NCBI GenBank assembly: GCA_963809035.1
Contig: CAWEHV010000002.1
Location: 1,932,570-1,996,569 of the forward strand
Origin: an uncultured Thermoplasmata archaeon
GTDB lineage: Archaea > Thermoplasmatota > Thermoplasmata > Lutacidiplasmatales > UBA184
DNA length: 64,000 bases
Direction of reading: 5' to 3'
This document shows positions 51,047-59,770 of the stretch, one piece after another; the first letter of the stretch is position 1, and every line of letters begins with the position of its first letter. Under the pieces are notes generated by a model, which was given only the letters and a program-made list of their open reading frames with translations, did no database searches and had not been told where the DNA came from. A program made the translations under genes and the position numbers.

Positions 51047-51436
51047 ATGAAGCTCCTCCACACTTCGATCACGGTCCGCTCGATGGACGACAGCCTCCGG
51101 TTCTACACCGAGGTCCTGGGACTCCAGTTCGAGCGACGCCGGACGATCCCCGAGAACAAGGCCGAGATCGCCTTCGTCAAGGACCCGGTGTCCGGGGGAC
51201 GGATCGAGCTCACGCATTGGGATGGGAAGGACACGTTCGAGGCGGGAGAACAGCTCGACCATCTCGCATTTGAGGTCGAGGACTTGGACCGCTTCCTGAT
51301 GCGTGCCCGGACGAAAGGCATTCAGGTCGCGAAGGAACCGTACTCGATCTCCGGTGGCTCGTCCCGACTCGCCTTCATCCTCGACCCCAACGACGTCTGG
51401 ATCGAATTGATCGAACGGGCCAAGGCCCCCGGCTGA
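51047..51436 (+). CDS. VOC/glyoxalase I family protein
   Basis: LLHTSITV, FYTEVLG, IELTH, DHLAF, DPNDVWIELI. Confidence 0.9.
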   Translation: MKLLHTSITVRSMDDSLRFYTEVLGLQFERRRTIPENKAEIAFVKDPVSGGRIELTHWDGKDTFEAGEQLDHLAFEVEDLDRFLMRARTKGIQVAKEPYSISGGSSRLAFILDPNDVWIELIERAKAPG

Positions 51437-51446
51437 GCCCGAGGCC

Positions 51447-52697
51447 GTGCTCCCACCAACGGCCCCAGCCACTCCCCCCGAGAGCCGGCGTCCGCTGCTC
51501 GCCGTGCTGTTGGCGACGTTCTTCGTTCGCTTCGGGTTCGGCCTCACCCTCGCCGTGTTCGCGAGCTACATCATCGGCCGGTCGAGCGGCCTCGCCGGGA
51601 GCGACGTCGGCGTCGCCGGCCTCATCAGCGCCATGGCCCCGGTGGGAGAGTTCTCGACCGTCCTGATCTCCGGGGCGATCGCCGACCGGTACGGCCGCTG
51701 GCCGGTGCTCTTCGCCGGAATGGCGACCGCGGCCGTCCTCTTCTCCATCGCGGCGACGACCCGGGACCGGTACGCGCTCGGCGCGATCAACCTCGCCTTC
51801 GGCGTCGCGAGCGGCGCGATCCTCGCCGCAAGCCTGGCCGTGGTCGGCGACCGGGCCGACGAGTCGCATCGGGGGTATGAGATGGGTCGGTTCGACGCCG
51901 TGAACCTCTTCGGTTGGGTCGGGGGGTTCGCCGTCGGCTTCGGGCTGCTCGGGGTCTTGCCGAACGGCCGGTTGGACCTCGTGTTCGCGGGAGGCGCGGT
52001 CGCGTTGGCGGCCGGCCTCGGAGGGGCGGCATGGCTTCGCCGCGGCGCCGCGACGTATCATGGGACCCAAGCCTACGACTTCGGGAACGTGCTCCGGAAC
52101 GTGTTTCGCCGCAGCGTTCTGCTCGTCACGCTTCCCTGGCTCGTGATCTACATGCTCATCGGGACCGCGCTGGTCTTCCTCGCGACCGCCGCGGAGGGCA
52201 TCGGAATCTCGACGACCTACCTCGCCCTCGCGATCGGGGGCGGGGGAGCGATCCTCGTGGTCACGCAGCCCTACTACGGCGGACTCGCGGACCGGTTCGG
52301 CCGCAACCGGTTCCTGACCATCGGAGCCGGCGGGTTTGTGGGCGCGATGGTCTTCGCATCGCTTCTCCTCGCTTACGGGGTCACGGACCCACTTCTCGCC
52401 GGTCTCGGAGTGAGCGTCGTCCTCGCGCTCGCGTACGGTCCGGCCGCGCTGGCCGCCCTGACCGACCTGACCCTCGAGATGAGCCGGGCCACCACCATGG
52501 CGATCTATTCGCTGACCATCTCGCTCGGGATGCTGGTGGGGTTGATCGCGTCGACCAGCCTGTATTCCCGCTACGGTAACCCGGGAATCTACGTCTTCTT
52601 CGGACTCGTTTCAGCGGGCCTCATCGGGCTCACGGTGGCCCGCCTCCGGGAGAACGTGGCCGTCGGTTCGGTCTCGCCTACGACTCCGGCTCGATGA
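51447..52697 (+). CDS. MFS transporter
   Basis: About 12 TM helices; GAIADRYGR and GLADRFGR. Confidence 0.88.
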   Translation: MLPPTAPATPPESRRPLLAVLLATFFVRFGFGLTLAVFASYIIGRSSGLAGSDVGVAGLISAMAPVGEFSTVLISGAIADRYGRWPVLFAGMATAAVLFSIAATTRDRYALGAINLAFGVASGAILAASLAVVGDRADESHRGYEMGRFDAVNLFGWVGGFAVGFGLLGVLPNGRLDLVFAGGAVALAAGLGGAAWLRRGAATYHGTQAYDFGNVLRNVFRRSVLLVTLPWLVIYMLIGTALVFLATAAEGIGISTTYLALAIGGGGAILVVTQPYYGGLADRFGRNRFLTIGAGGFVGAMVFASLLLAYGVTDPLLAGLGVSVVLALAYGPAALAALTDLTLEMSRATTMAIYSLTISLGMLVGLIASTSLYSRYGNPGIYVFFGLVSAGLIGLTVARLRENVAVGSVSPTTPAR

Positions 52698-53563
52698 CCA
52701 CGTGGTGCACGCTGGGTCGGGCCTGACGGATGGCGGCCGTCACCTGGTCGATCGTCTGCTCGATCTGGTCGGTCGTCAGGCCGTCCTGGAAGTTGATGCG
52801 GAGCGCGAGGAGGGCGTCTTCGGGGCCGAGGAGCATCGAGTGGACGTCCCGGACCTTCGAGACCCGTGGGTCTCGCTCCACGATCGAGAGGATCGCCCGC
52901 GTGTCGGCCGGCTGGAGGGCCCGGCCGACGAGGGTACTCGCGGCTTTCCGCGCTCAAGACCACGCCCGCGGCGACCAGGATCATCCCCTCGACCACCGCG
53001 GTGAGGCCGTCCACGACGTCGTCGCCGGTCCGGTAGACGATGAGGAGCCCGATGAACGCGGCGATGGCGCCCACGATCGCGACCAGGTCCTGGTAGAAGA
53101 TCGACTTCAACCCCTGGTTGGCCGAAGCCAGCAGCGAGGCGAGCGTCTCGCGAGAGTGGCGGAGCTCGCGGAGCGTCACGTAGATCCCGGCGATACTGGC
53201 GAGGACCGTCCCGCCGACGACGATGAGACCGTAGCCGATGTGGGTGATCTTTTCGGGGGTCACGATCTGCTCGAAGCCGACGGTCAGGGCGAGGAGGCCC
53301 GCGACGGTAAAGGTCACGACGATCGATACGAACGCCCAGAAGAAGCGCTCGCGTCCATGCCCGAACGGACGGTCGTAGTCGGCCGCCCGGCGGGAGAGGT
53401 AGAGGCCCCATAGCAGGAAGGCGCTCCCCACGAGGTCGGTGACCGTGTAGATCGCCTGGGAAAGGACGGCACGGCTCCCCGAGAGGAGCGCGACGACCAG
53501 GTTGATGGAGAAGAGCGACGCGTTCAGCAGGAGGGTGGCGACGATAACGACCTGAGGACGCAT
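52678..53563 (-). CDS. Cation diffusion facilitator transporter; frameshift at 52932-52934
   Basis: SGSRAVLS, RPFGHGRERFFW, six TM helices; cytosolic dimerisation domain in ORF 52678-52881. Confidence 0.85.
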
Positions 53564-53706
53564 CCGGTGCCCGGGTTCTCCTCCGGGGACGTACCTACCG
53601 TGGGTCGGCGGTTAATCCTTCCGGAACCCGCCGTTCGGTCGCGCCGTGACCCTCGGGGGTGAAGCATTAAATCGCGCGGTCCGGTGCCGGCCACCGAGAA
53701 CGGAAA

Positions 53707-54687
53707 ATGAGCGAGCCGACGGTACGGACTCCCGCGAGCAGCCCCGGCGTCGGGACCCTTCCCTCCTCCGCGAAGAACCCGCGCTACCGCCGGGTTCCGC
53801 TCTCCAAGCTCGGCCTGGCCCCGGGCAAGCGCACCCGATTGAAGCGTCTCCTCTATGACTACGGACCCGGCGGTGGGACGCTCCTCGTGCTCCCCATCGA
53901 CCAGGGACTCGAGCACGGTCCCGTCGACTTCTTCGCCAACCCGGCGGCCCTCGACCCGACCTACCAGTACGAGCTCGCGAAGGAGGGACGCTTCAGCGCG
54001 ATCGCCCTCCACATCGGTCTGGCCGAAAAGTACCTTCACGAGTACGCGGGCGAGGTCCCCCTCATCCTCAAGCTGAACGGCAAGACGAGCATCCCCTCGG
54101 ACGCCCAGTCGTTCAGTTCGCTGACGGGGACCGTCGAGGACGCCGTACGCCTCGGGGCCGACGCGGTCGGCTACACGATCTACGTGGGCTCGCCGGCCCA
54201 GGACCGGGATTTCCTCCAGTTCACCCAGGTCCGGGAAGCGGCCGACCGGTACGGAATGCCGGTGATCGTTTGGGCGTACCCGCGGGGCGAGGCGGTAGCG
54301 AAAAAGGGCGGGAAGGAAAGCCTGTATGCGATCGACTACGCTGCGCGCGTGGCGCTCGAGCTCGGTGCGGACGTCGTCAAGATCAATTACCCGGTCCCCT
54401 CGGAGAAGGACAAGGAAAGTCCGCCGCCCTACAACTCGCTCCAGCTCTCCCACTTCGAGATGTTCCGCAAGGTCGTTGAAAGCGCCGGCCGCAGCCTCGT
54501 TCTCGTCTCCGGTGGGGAAAAGGTCGGCGATGGGGAGCTCTTGGAGAAGGTGCGTTCCTCCATGGACGCCGGGGCGACCGGCATCATCTTCGGCCGGAAC
54601 CTCTGGCAGCGGCCGAAGGCCGACGCCCTTCGCTTGACCCGAGAACTGCATGCGATCTTCCGAGAATACGCCGAGCCCCTCGCTTAG
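53707..54687 (+). CDS. Class I fructose-bisphosphate aldolase (DhnA/FbaB type)
   Basis: LPIDQGLEHGP, KLNGK, WAYPRG, ELGADVVK, SGG, GRNLWQ. Confidence 0.92.
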   Translation: MSEPTVRTPASSPGVGTLPSSAKNPRYRRVPLSKLGLAPGKRTRLKRLLYDYGPGGGTLLVLPIDQGLEHGPVDFFANPAALDPTYQYELAKEGRFSAIALHIGLAEKYLHEYAGEVPLILKLNGKTSIPSDAQSFSSLTGTVEDAVRLGADAVGYTIYVGSPAQDRDFLQFTQVREAADRYGMPVIVWAYPRGEAVAKKGGKESLYAIDYAARVALELGADVVKINYPVPSEKDKESPPPYNSLQLSHFEMFRKVVESAGRSLVLVSGGEKVGDGELLEKVRSSMDAGATGIIFGRNLWQRPKADALRLTRELHAIFREYAEPLA

Positions 54688-55219
54688 ACCTGCGATTCCG
54701 CTCCTGCTCCTCCTCGCCGGGGAGGATCACCCCAAGGCCTGCACGGGACGCCGGCTGCTCCACCGTGGCCTCGCGCGTCCGGTCCGACGTATCGCGAGCC
54801 TTCGCCCGCCACCGATCGTTTTGGATCCCCATGCCGCCGACCCGTTGTCCATGGCCGACCGCTCGCTCGCTCGGCGCGGAGGCGTCCTGGCCGTCGACTG
54901 CTCTTGGAACCGCCTCGCCCGTCGCGGGAGTCTCCCCGGACTCGCCAGCGACGACGGCGGGATCCACCGACGCCTGCCGATCCTTGTGGCGGGGAATCCT
55001 CAGCACTTCGGCCGGATCGCCGAGCTGAACACGGTGGAGGCGCTGAGCGCGGCCTTGTACGTCCTCGGCCGGCGCGCGGACGCGGCCCACCTTCTCGAGG
55101 GGTTCCGCGGCGGCGATGGGTTCCTCACGATCAACCGCGAGCGGCTCGACTTTTACGCTAGCCGTAGAACGGCCGATGCGGTCCGGGTCGCCGAACGAAC
55201 GTTGTACGGCGGAGCGTAG
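54650..55219 (+). CDS. tsr3: 16S rRNA aminocarboxypropyltransferase Tsr3 (DUF367)
   Basis: DHPKACTGRRL, DCSW, RRLPILVAGNP, LNTVEALSAAL; start uncertain. Confidence 0.88.
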   Translation: MRSSENTPSPSLRPAIPLLLLLAGEDHPKACTGRRLLHRGLARPVRRIASLRPPPIVLDPHAADPLSMADRSLARRGGVLAVDCSWNRLARRGSLPGLASDDGGIHRRLPILVAGNPQHFGRIAELNTVEALSAALYVLGRRADAAHLLEGFRGGDGFLTINRERLDFYASRRTADAVRVAERTLYGGA

Positions 55220-55257
55220 TCTCTCCCAAGGGCGAAGACGCCCGCGGAGGGCGAGTC

Positions 55258-56157
55258 CTACTCGACGGGCTTGAACTTCTTCCCTTCGGTGGAGAGATGC
55301 TCGATGAGCGTGTCGCGGATGGATTCGACCGGGCGGCCGAGCGGAAACCGTAGGGTGATCACTCCTCCGAACCGCTCGAAGACGCGGGTCGTATGAAGTG
55401 TCAGGCAGTGACCGTCGAACAGGGGTCGCCCGGTCAGGTCGGCGTCGTGGCCCCGTAAGAAGACGCGAACCCCGGACGCACGGAAGAGACGCTCGAGGTC
55501 CCTCCCGCCCCAGCTGGGGACTCCCGCTCGCCGGTTGCGGGACGCATCACACACCCCCCACACGACTTCGGAGAGACGGTCGTCGCTTACCTGGTCGAAC
55601 GCGTGGACCCATTCTTCCTCGGAGCCGACGAGGGGGAACCCGGCATGGGCGAGATAGACCCTTTCGGGAAGCACTGCCGCGAGCGGTCCACGCTCGAGCA
55701 GCGCCTCGATCCGGGTACATCGGGTCGCGTCCGGACCCCACATCGCATCTACCTCCTCCGGGAGGTCGTGCGGGAGCACGGGGATGCGGCGCGTGGTCTC
55801 GTGGTTTCCCTGGATCAAGAATACCCGGTCGGGGGCGGACGCCGCGAGCGAGAGCAGGTGGAGCGCGTTGGCGACCGATCCAGCACCGCAGTCGGGCGGA
55901 GCGCGGTCGACGTAATCTCCCAATCCGATCAGCAGTCGACGGACCCCTCCCGCGGAAAAACGACGCTCGACCTCCTCCACCGAACGCCAGTCCCCATGGG
56001 TGTCACCGAAAACGATGGCCTCCCGGAGCGATGCGCTGGGTATCCGAACGAAGGGTGGGTGCACCGGAACGGTGCGCTCGAGCCGGTCGAGCAGGGCGTC
56101 TGCTCCGTGCTCGTCCAGCCGAAGGATCTCCTCCGGTGCCGGCACCTCTGTCGACAT
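55258..56157 (-). CDS. PPP-family Ser/Thr phosphatase-like metallophosphoesterase
   Basis: GDTHG, GDYVDR, GNHE, HAG, RGH. Confidence 0.85.
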   Translation of the reverse strand: MSTEVPAPEEILRLDEHGADALLDRLERTVPVHPPFVRIPSASLREAIVFGDTHGDWRSVEEVERRFSAGGVRRLLIGLGDYVDRAPPDCGAGSVANALHLLSLAASAPDRVFLIQGNHETTRRIPVLPHDLPEEVDAMWGPDATRCTRIEALLERGPLAAVLPERVYLAHAGFPLVGSEEEWVHAFDQVSDDRLSEVVWGVCDASRNRRAGVPSWGGRDLERLFRASGVRVFLRGHDADLTGRPLFDGHCLTLHTTRVFERFGGVITLRFPLGRPVESIRDTLIEHLSTEGKKFKPVE

Positions 56158-56196
56158 CCCCGTGGATCCTCCGAACCACTATCCGGACCGGGTAAA

Positions 56197-56344
56197 TGCG
56201 GGGGGCCGGAGTTCCCGGCCGCCGGTCGGAGCGACCGGGCGGCCCTTTGAACCGGCGTATGCCCTAGGCAACAGGGTCCTAAGCCCTGCCTCGGTAGCCC
56301 CACCGGCGAGCGCCGGCGGTTTGGCCGAGCTGGAGCACCCCCGC
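56197..56344 (-). tRNA. tRNA-Leu(TAG) with two non-canonical introns: 27 nt at 21/22 (56294-56320) and 35 nt at 59/60 (56211-56245)
   Basis: The spliced product GCGGGGGTGCTCCAGCTCGGCCAACGAGGCAGGGCTTAGGACCCTGTTGCCTAGGGCATACGCCGGTTCAAATCCGGCCCCCCGCA (86 nt) folds as a cloverleaf; BHB-type motifs at both junctions. Confidence 0.9.
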
Positions 56345-56371
56345 ATCGGAAGGAAGGAAGGACCCGCGGAG

Positions 56372-56478
56372 TAGCCCCGGCAGGAGTTCCGGACCGCGGG
56401 CTCGCGGACCCCCGCGGCTTTCGAACCTGCGTCGCGAGATCCAGAGTCTCGCATGATTGGCCACTACACTACGGGGCT
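56372..56478 (-). tRNA. tRNA-Gln(CTG) with a 34-nt T-loop intron at 59/60 (56386-56419)
   Basis: AGCCCCG/CGGGGCT acceptor, CGAGA-CTCTGGA-TCTCG anticodon arm; BHB TTCG-AAA...CGGA-ACT; 73 nt after splicing. Confidence 0.92.
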
Positions 56479-56501
56479 ACAGGCGAGCCAGCGGGGGGCC
56501 G

Positions 56502-56509
56502 TTGATAAA
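56502..56509 (-). promoter_or_regulatory. TATA-like box of the tRNA-Gln/tRNA-Leu pair
   Basis: TTTATCAA on the minus strand, about 24-31 nt upstream of the tRNA-Gln 5' end. Confidence 0.55.
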
Positions 56510-56532
56510 CCATTCCCTCGCAACCCCGGCAC

Positions 56533-56838
56533 CTAGGCTTTTGGGGGAGGGTTTCCCGTCCGCGCTTCGCTCGCGGTGCGACGGAGCCGGTCGGCGGCCT
56601 CGAGGTCCGTCATTCCGTCGACTGCGATTACCTTGGCCCGTGAAGAGCCGGCCTTCTCCCATCGAACCGCCGTGAGAGGTACCCGCAACCAGCGGGCCAT
56701 CAGCCGTGCGACCGCGCGGTTAGCCTCCCCCTCCGTGGGGGCGGCCCGACAGGCCACCGCCCATCGCCTTCTCCAAGGATCCCACGCGAGTCCGTCGGCC
56801 TTTGCCGCGGGCTTCACCCAGAGGGAAATTCGGGCCAT
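56533..56838 (-). CDS. DUF167 (UPF0235/YggU) family protein
   Basis: WVKPAA, AAPTEGEANRA, GSSRAK. Confidence 0.8.
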   Translation of the reverse strand: MARISLWVKPAAKADGLAWDPWRRRWAVACRAAPTEGEANRAVARLMARWLRVPLTAVRWEKAGSSRAKVIAVDGMTDLEAADRLRRTASEARTGNPPPKA

Positions 56839-56972
56839 TGCGGTCTCTCCAGCCTCAGGGACGATTCACGGATTCCCGGAGGGATCGCAAGGGTCGCCTC
56901 TGGTTTCCCGCGCGGAGGGTGGCCAACGCTCCAACTACGCCGAGGGATGCAGCGGTCGGATTCCCGGCGGGA

Positions 56973-57695
56973 TCACTCTCGGCGGGGGCGTCGCTTCGGC
57001 CGCTCGTCCCCATCGCCGTCGTCGGAGCTCTCGCGGCGACGGAACCCGGCCCCGGGAGGGCGGCCGTAGGGTCGAGATCCCCCCCGACCACCGAACTTTC
57101 CCCGGGGAGGTCCTCGCTCGAACCGACGCGCACCTCCACCTCCGCCGCGGCCTCCGTCGAACTCACGTCGTGGCGGCAGTGTGAAGCGGTTGCCGCAGGA
57201 ACCACACTCCCCGGAGATCGTGCCGTCCGGGGCGGTGGAGAATCGAAGAGGGCCTCCGCACTCGCGGCACGGTCGAGCGTTCGACGATCGGAAGCCGGGG
57301 CCCGATTCGTCCGAACGTTCGTCGCGTGGCGCAGCCCGTCGCGGGAACTCTCGGGGGGCCATGCCGGCGGGCACGTACGAGGAGATCGCGCCGCATCCCG
57401 TACAGGAGGCCTCGATCCCAGGCCCGCCCGTGGAACGGAACGTCAGGGCCGCGCCGCACGCCTGGCAGGGGGGACCGGACACGGCTGGCGAGGCGGTCTT
57501 CCAGGACCGAGGGCTCTCCGAGCCGCTGTCGCCCGTCGCCTCCGGCGCGGAGGCGGCACCGTCGGGCCCAGGAGCACCTCCCGCTTGGAGGACCGTCAGC
57601 TGGTGTCCACAGCCACCACAGGTCCCCGTAAGGACCGTGGTCGTTCGGGCGTCATATTCCATCGCCGTTCCGCAGTCTGGACAGGTGCGCGCCAT
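56973..57695 (-). CDS. Hypothetical protein with three zinc ribbons and an RG/RGG-rich tail
   Basis: CPDC..CGGC, CQAC..CTGC, CREC..CGSC followed by GGRGGGGGARRFERGPPRGKFGGRGG. Confidence 0.75.
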   Translation of the reverse strand: MARTCPDCGTAMEYDARTTTVLTGTCGGCGHQLTVLQAGGAPGPDGAASAPEATGDSGSESPRSWKTASPAVSGPPCQACGAALTFRSTGGPGIEASCTGCGAISSYVPAGMAPREFPRRAAPRDERSDESGPGFRSSNARPCRECGGPLRFSTAPDGTISGECGSCGNRFTLPPRREFDGGRGGGGGARRFERGPPRGKFGGRGGSRPYGRPPGAGFRRRESSDDGDGDERPKRRPRRE

Positions 57696-57716
57696 GTTTG
57701 TGAGGAATTGTACGGG

Positions 57717-57824
57717 CGTCGACCCCTCATTACTCCGGCCCCCGCCCCCCGGAGGGGCGGCGACGGCGTCCTGCAACCTGGGGTCGACGGTTTCGCCGCC
57801 TCCGTTCCATGCTCGGAGTAGAGG
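57717..57824 (-). ncRNA. Candidate pseudoknotted leader RNA
   Basis: Three nested stems plus a 9-10-bp loop-tail pairing, directly upstream of the ATG at 57695; strand inferred. Confidence 0.35.
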
Positions 57825-57967
57825 CCGTCGCTCGGGAGCGAGTGCAACCCAATGTCACAAATAGCCACGGTTCGTCCGCGACACATCCATGTCCGGGAGG
57901 ACGCATGGAGCTCGACACTTCGGTTCGCTCGGTGCAGGGGGAGAAACGCCGGGCCAGCGAACCGCGG

Positions 57968-59728
57968 GTGACCGGGCGACTTGGTTCCACGGCTGAAGTC
58001 CCCGCCGCGACCTCCCCGTGGGGTCAGGGGAGTCAGCGCTCGGCCCTGCTCTACCTCCTCATACCGATCGTGGCCGGCGGGGTGGCGGCGACGACCCTCG
58101 GCCTTTCGCTGGGCGACGTCACCCGATACCTTCCGACCGCGTCCGTCGATCTCCTGTACTCCTTCCTGCGGATGTGCGCGGCGTACGCCGCCTCGCTCGG
58201 GTTCGCCCTCGCGTACGGGTACTACGCCGCGACCCGTCGCCAAGGCGAACGCGTCATGATCCCTGTTCTCGACATCCTCCAATCGGTCCCGATCCTCGGG
58301 TTCTTTCCGGTGGCGATCGTTGTGCTCGCCGGCCTCACGCCCAACAGCTGGGTAGGACCGAACCTCGCGTCCGTCTTCCTCATCTTCACCTCGATGTCCT
58401 GGAACATGGTCTTCGGGGTCTACGAGTCGGTCAAGACGCTCCCGGTGGACCTCCGGGAAGCGACCGACTCCTTCGGTGTACGGGGGATCCAACGTTTCCG
58501 GCAGGTCCTGTTCCCGGCGATGATCAATCGTTTGGTCTACAACTCCGTCCTTTCCTGGACGGCGGGCTGGTTCTTCCTCGTCGAGGCCGAGATCTTCACG
58601 ACCAACAAAGGGGGTGCGCTTCCCGGGATCGGGAGCTACCTCTCGTTCGCGGCCGGCAATCACAACGGAACGGCCTTCCTCACGGGCCTCGTTCTCTTGG
58701 TCATCCTCATCGCGCTGCTCGACTTTGGCGTCTGGCGGCCCCTCGGCCATTTTGCGGAACGGTTCCGCTACGACCAGTCCCCCTCCGGAGAGGGGGAGGT
58801 GGTCGGAATGGGAGCGACGAGCACCCGGTTCCGACGCGCAGCCGCCTACATCTCGCGGGGGGTCCGCTCGGGAGTCACCCGGGTCAGCACTCCGTTGGTG
58901 CAGCTCGCGGCCATCCCGTTCCGCTCCAGCTCCGGTCGCCGACGGACGGACGGGCGCCATCCCGCGCTCTACTACGGGATCCTGGGTGGCATTCTCGTCG
59001 CCGTCTGGCTCCTCCTCATCGAGATCAGCGTCGCCATCTTCGACGTGTTCTCGGCCCCGATCATCTCGTCAGTCCGAGGGCAGATCCTCGAGGTCCCGAT
59101 CGCGTTGGGCCTTTCGCTCGTTCGGGTGGTCGTGGCGTTCGCGTTCTGCCTCTCCATCGCCCTCCCGCTCGCCGTGGTCCTCTCGCGGAGACCGCGCGCG
59201 GCTCGCGTCGGTCTTCCGATCGTGGAAGTGGTCGCCTCGTTCCCGGCGACCGCCCTCTTCCCGGTCATCATCTTTGAGCTGCTTCCGTACATCAGCGGAG
59301 AGGGAGCGGCGATCCTCATGCTCATGACCGGAATGCTCTGGTATCTCTTCTTCAACCTCCTCTCGGGAGTTCGGTCACTCCCGCCCGACCTGGAGGAGGC
59401 GTCGCGCTCGTTCGGGGTCAAGGGCCGGGGCTTCTTCACCAAGGTCCTCCTTCCCGGTATTTTCCCGGCGCTGATCACCGGCTCGATCACTGCGTTCGGC
59501 GGTGGTTGGAACACGTTGATCGTCGCCGAGTACCTCAACGTCGGCACCTCCCAGAAGTTCCAGCTCCTCGGGATCGGTTCCGCGATCGATGTTGGCTACG
59601 CGGAGCCGAACGGCCTACCGCTCATGGTCGCTGCCCTGCTCACGCTCGTGTTCGCGGTGATCGCCATCAACGAACTCATATGGAAGCCACTCTACCGCCG
59701 GGCGGTCGAGAAGTACCGGTACGACTGA
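57968..59728 (+). CDS. NitT/TauT-family ABC transporter permease (duplicated TM domain)
   Basis: LDILQSVPILGFF, WNMVF, LVYNSVLSW, GGGWNTLIVAE, GIGS; start approximate. Confidence 0.9.
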   Translation: MTGRLGSTAEVPAATSPWGQGSQRSALLYLLIPIVAGGVAATTLGLSLGDVTRYLPTASVDLLYSFLRMCAAYAASLGFALAYGYYAATRRQGERVMIPVLDILQSVPILGFFPVAIVVLAGLTPNSWVGPNLASVFLIFTSMSWNMVFGVYESVKTLPVDLREATDSFGVRGIQRFRQVLFPAMINRLVYNSVLSWTAGWFFLVEAEIFTTNKGGALPGIGSYLSFAAGNHNGTAFLTGLVLLVILIALLDFGVWRPLGHFAERFRYDQSPSGEGEVVGMGATSTRFRRAAAYISRGVRSGVTRVSTPLVQLAAIPFRSSSGRRRTDGRHPALYYGILGGILVAVWLLLIEISVAIFDVFSAPIISSVRGQILEVPIALGLSLVRVVVAFAFCLSIALPLAVVLSRRPRAARVGLPIVEVVASFPATALFPVIIFELLPYISGEGAAILMLMTGMLWYLFFNLLSGVRSLPPDLEEASRSFGVKGRGFFTKVLLPGIFPALITGSITAFGGGWNTLIVAEYLNVGTSQKFQLLGIGSAIDVGYAEPNGLPLMVAALLTLVFAVIAINELIWKPLYRRAVEKYRYD

Positions 59729-59770
59729 CGCGGGCAGGGACCGGGACGGAGGATCGCGGGAGGAGAGCCG

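Noticed and set aside
56161-56500. SRP RNA or RNase P RNA in this structured gap of about 340 bp
   Set aside because: Fully explained by two intron-containing tRNAs; SRP helix 8 and RNase P P4 signatures are absent
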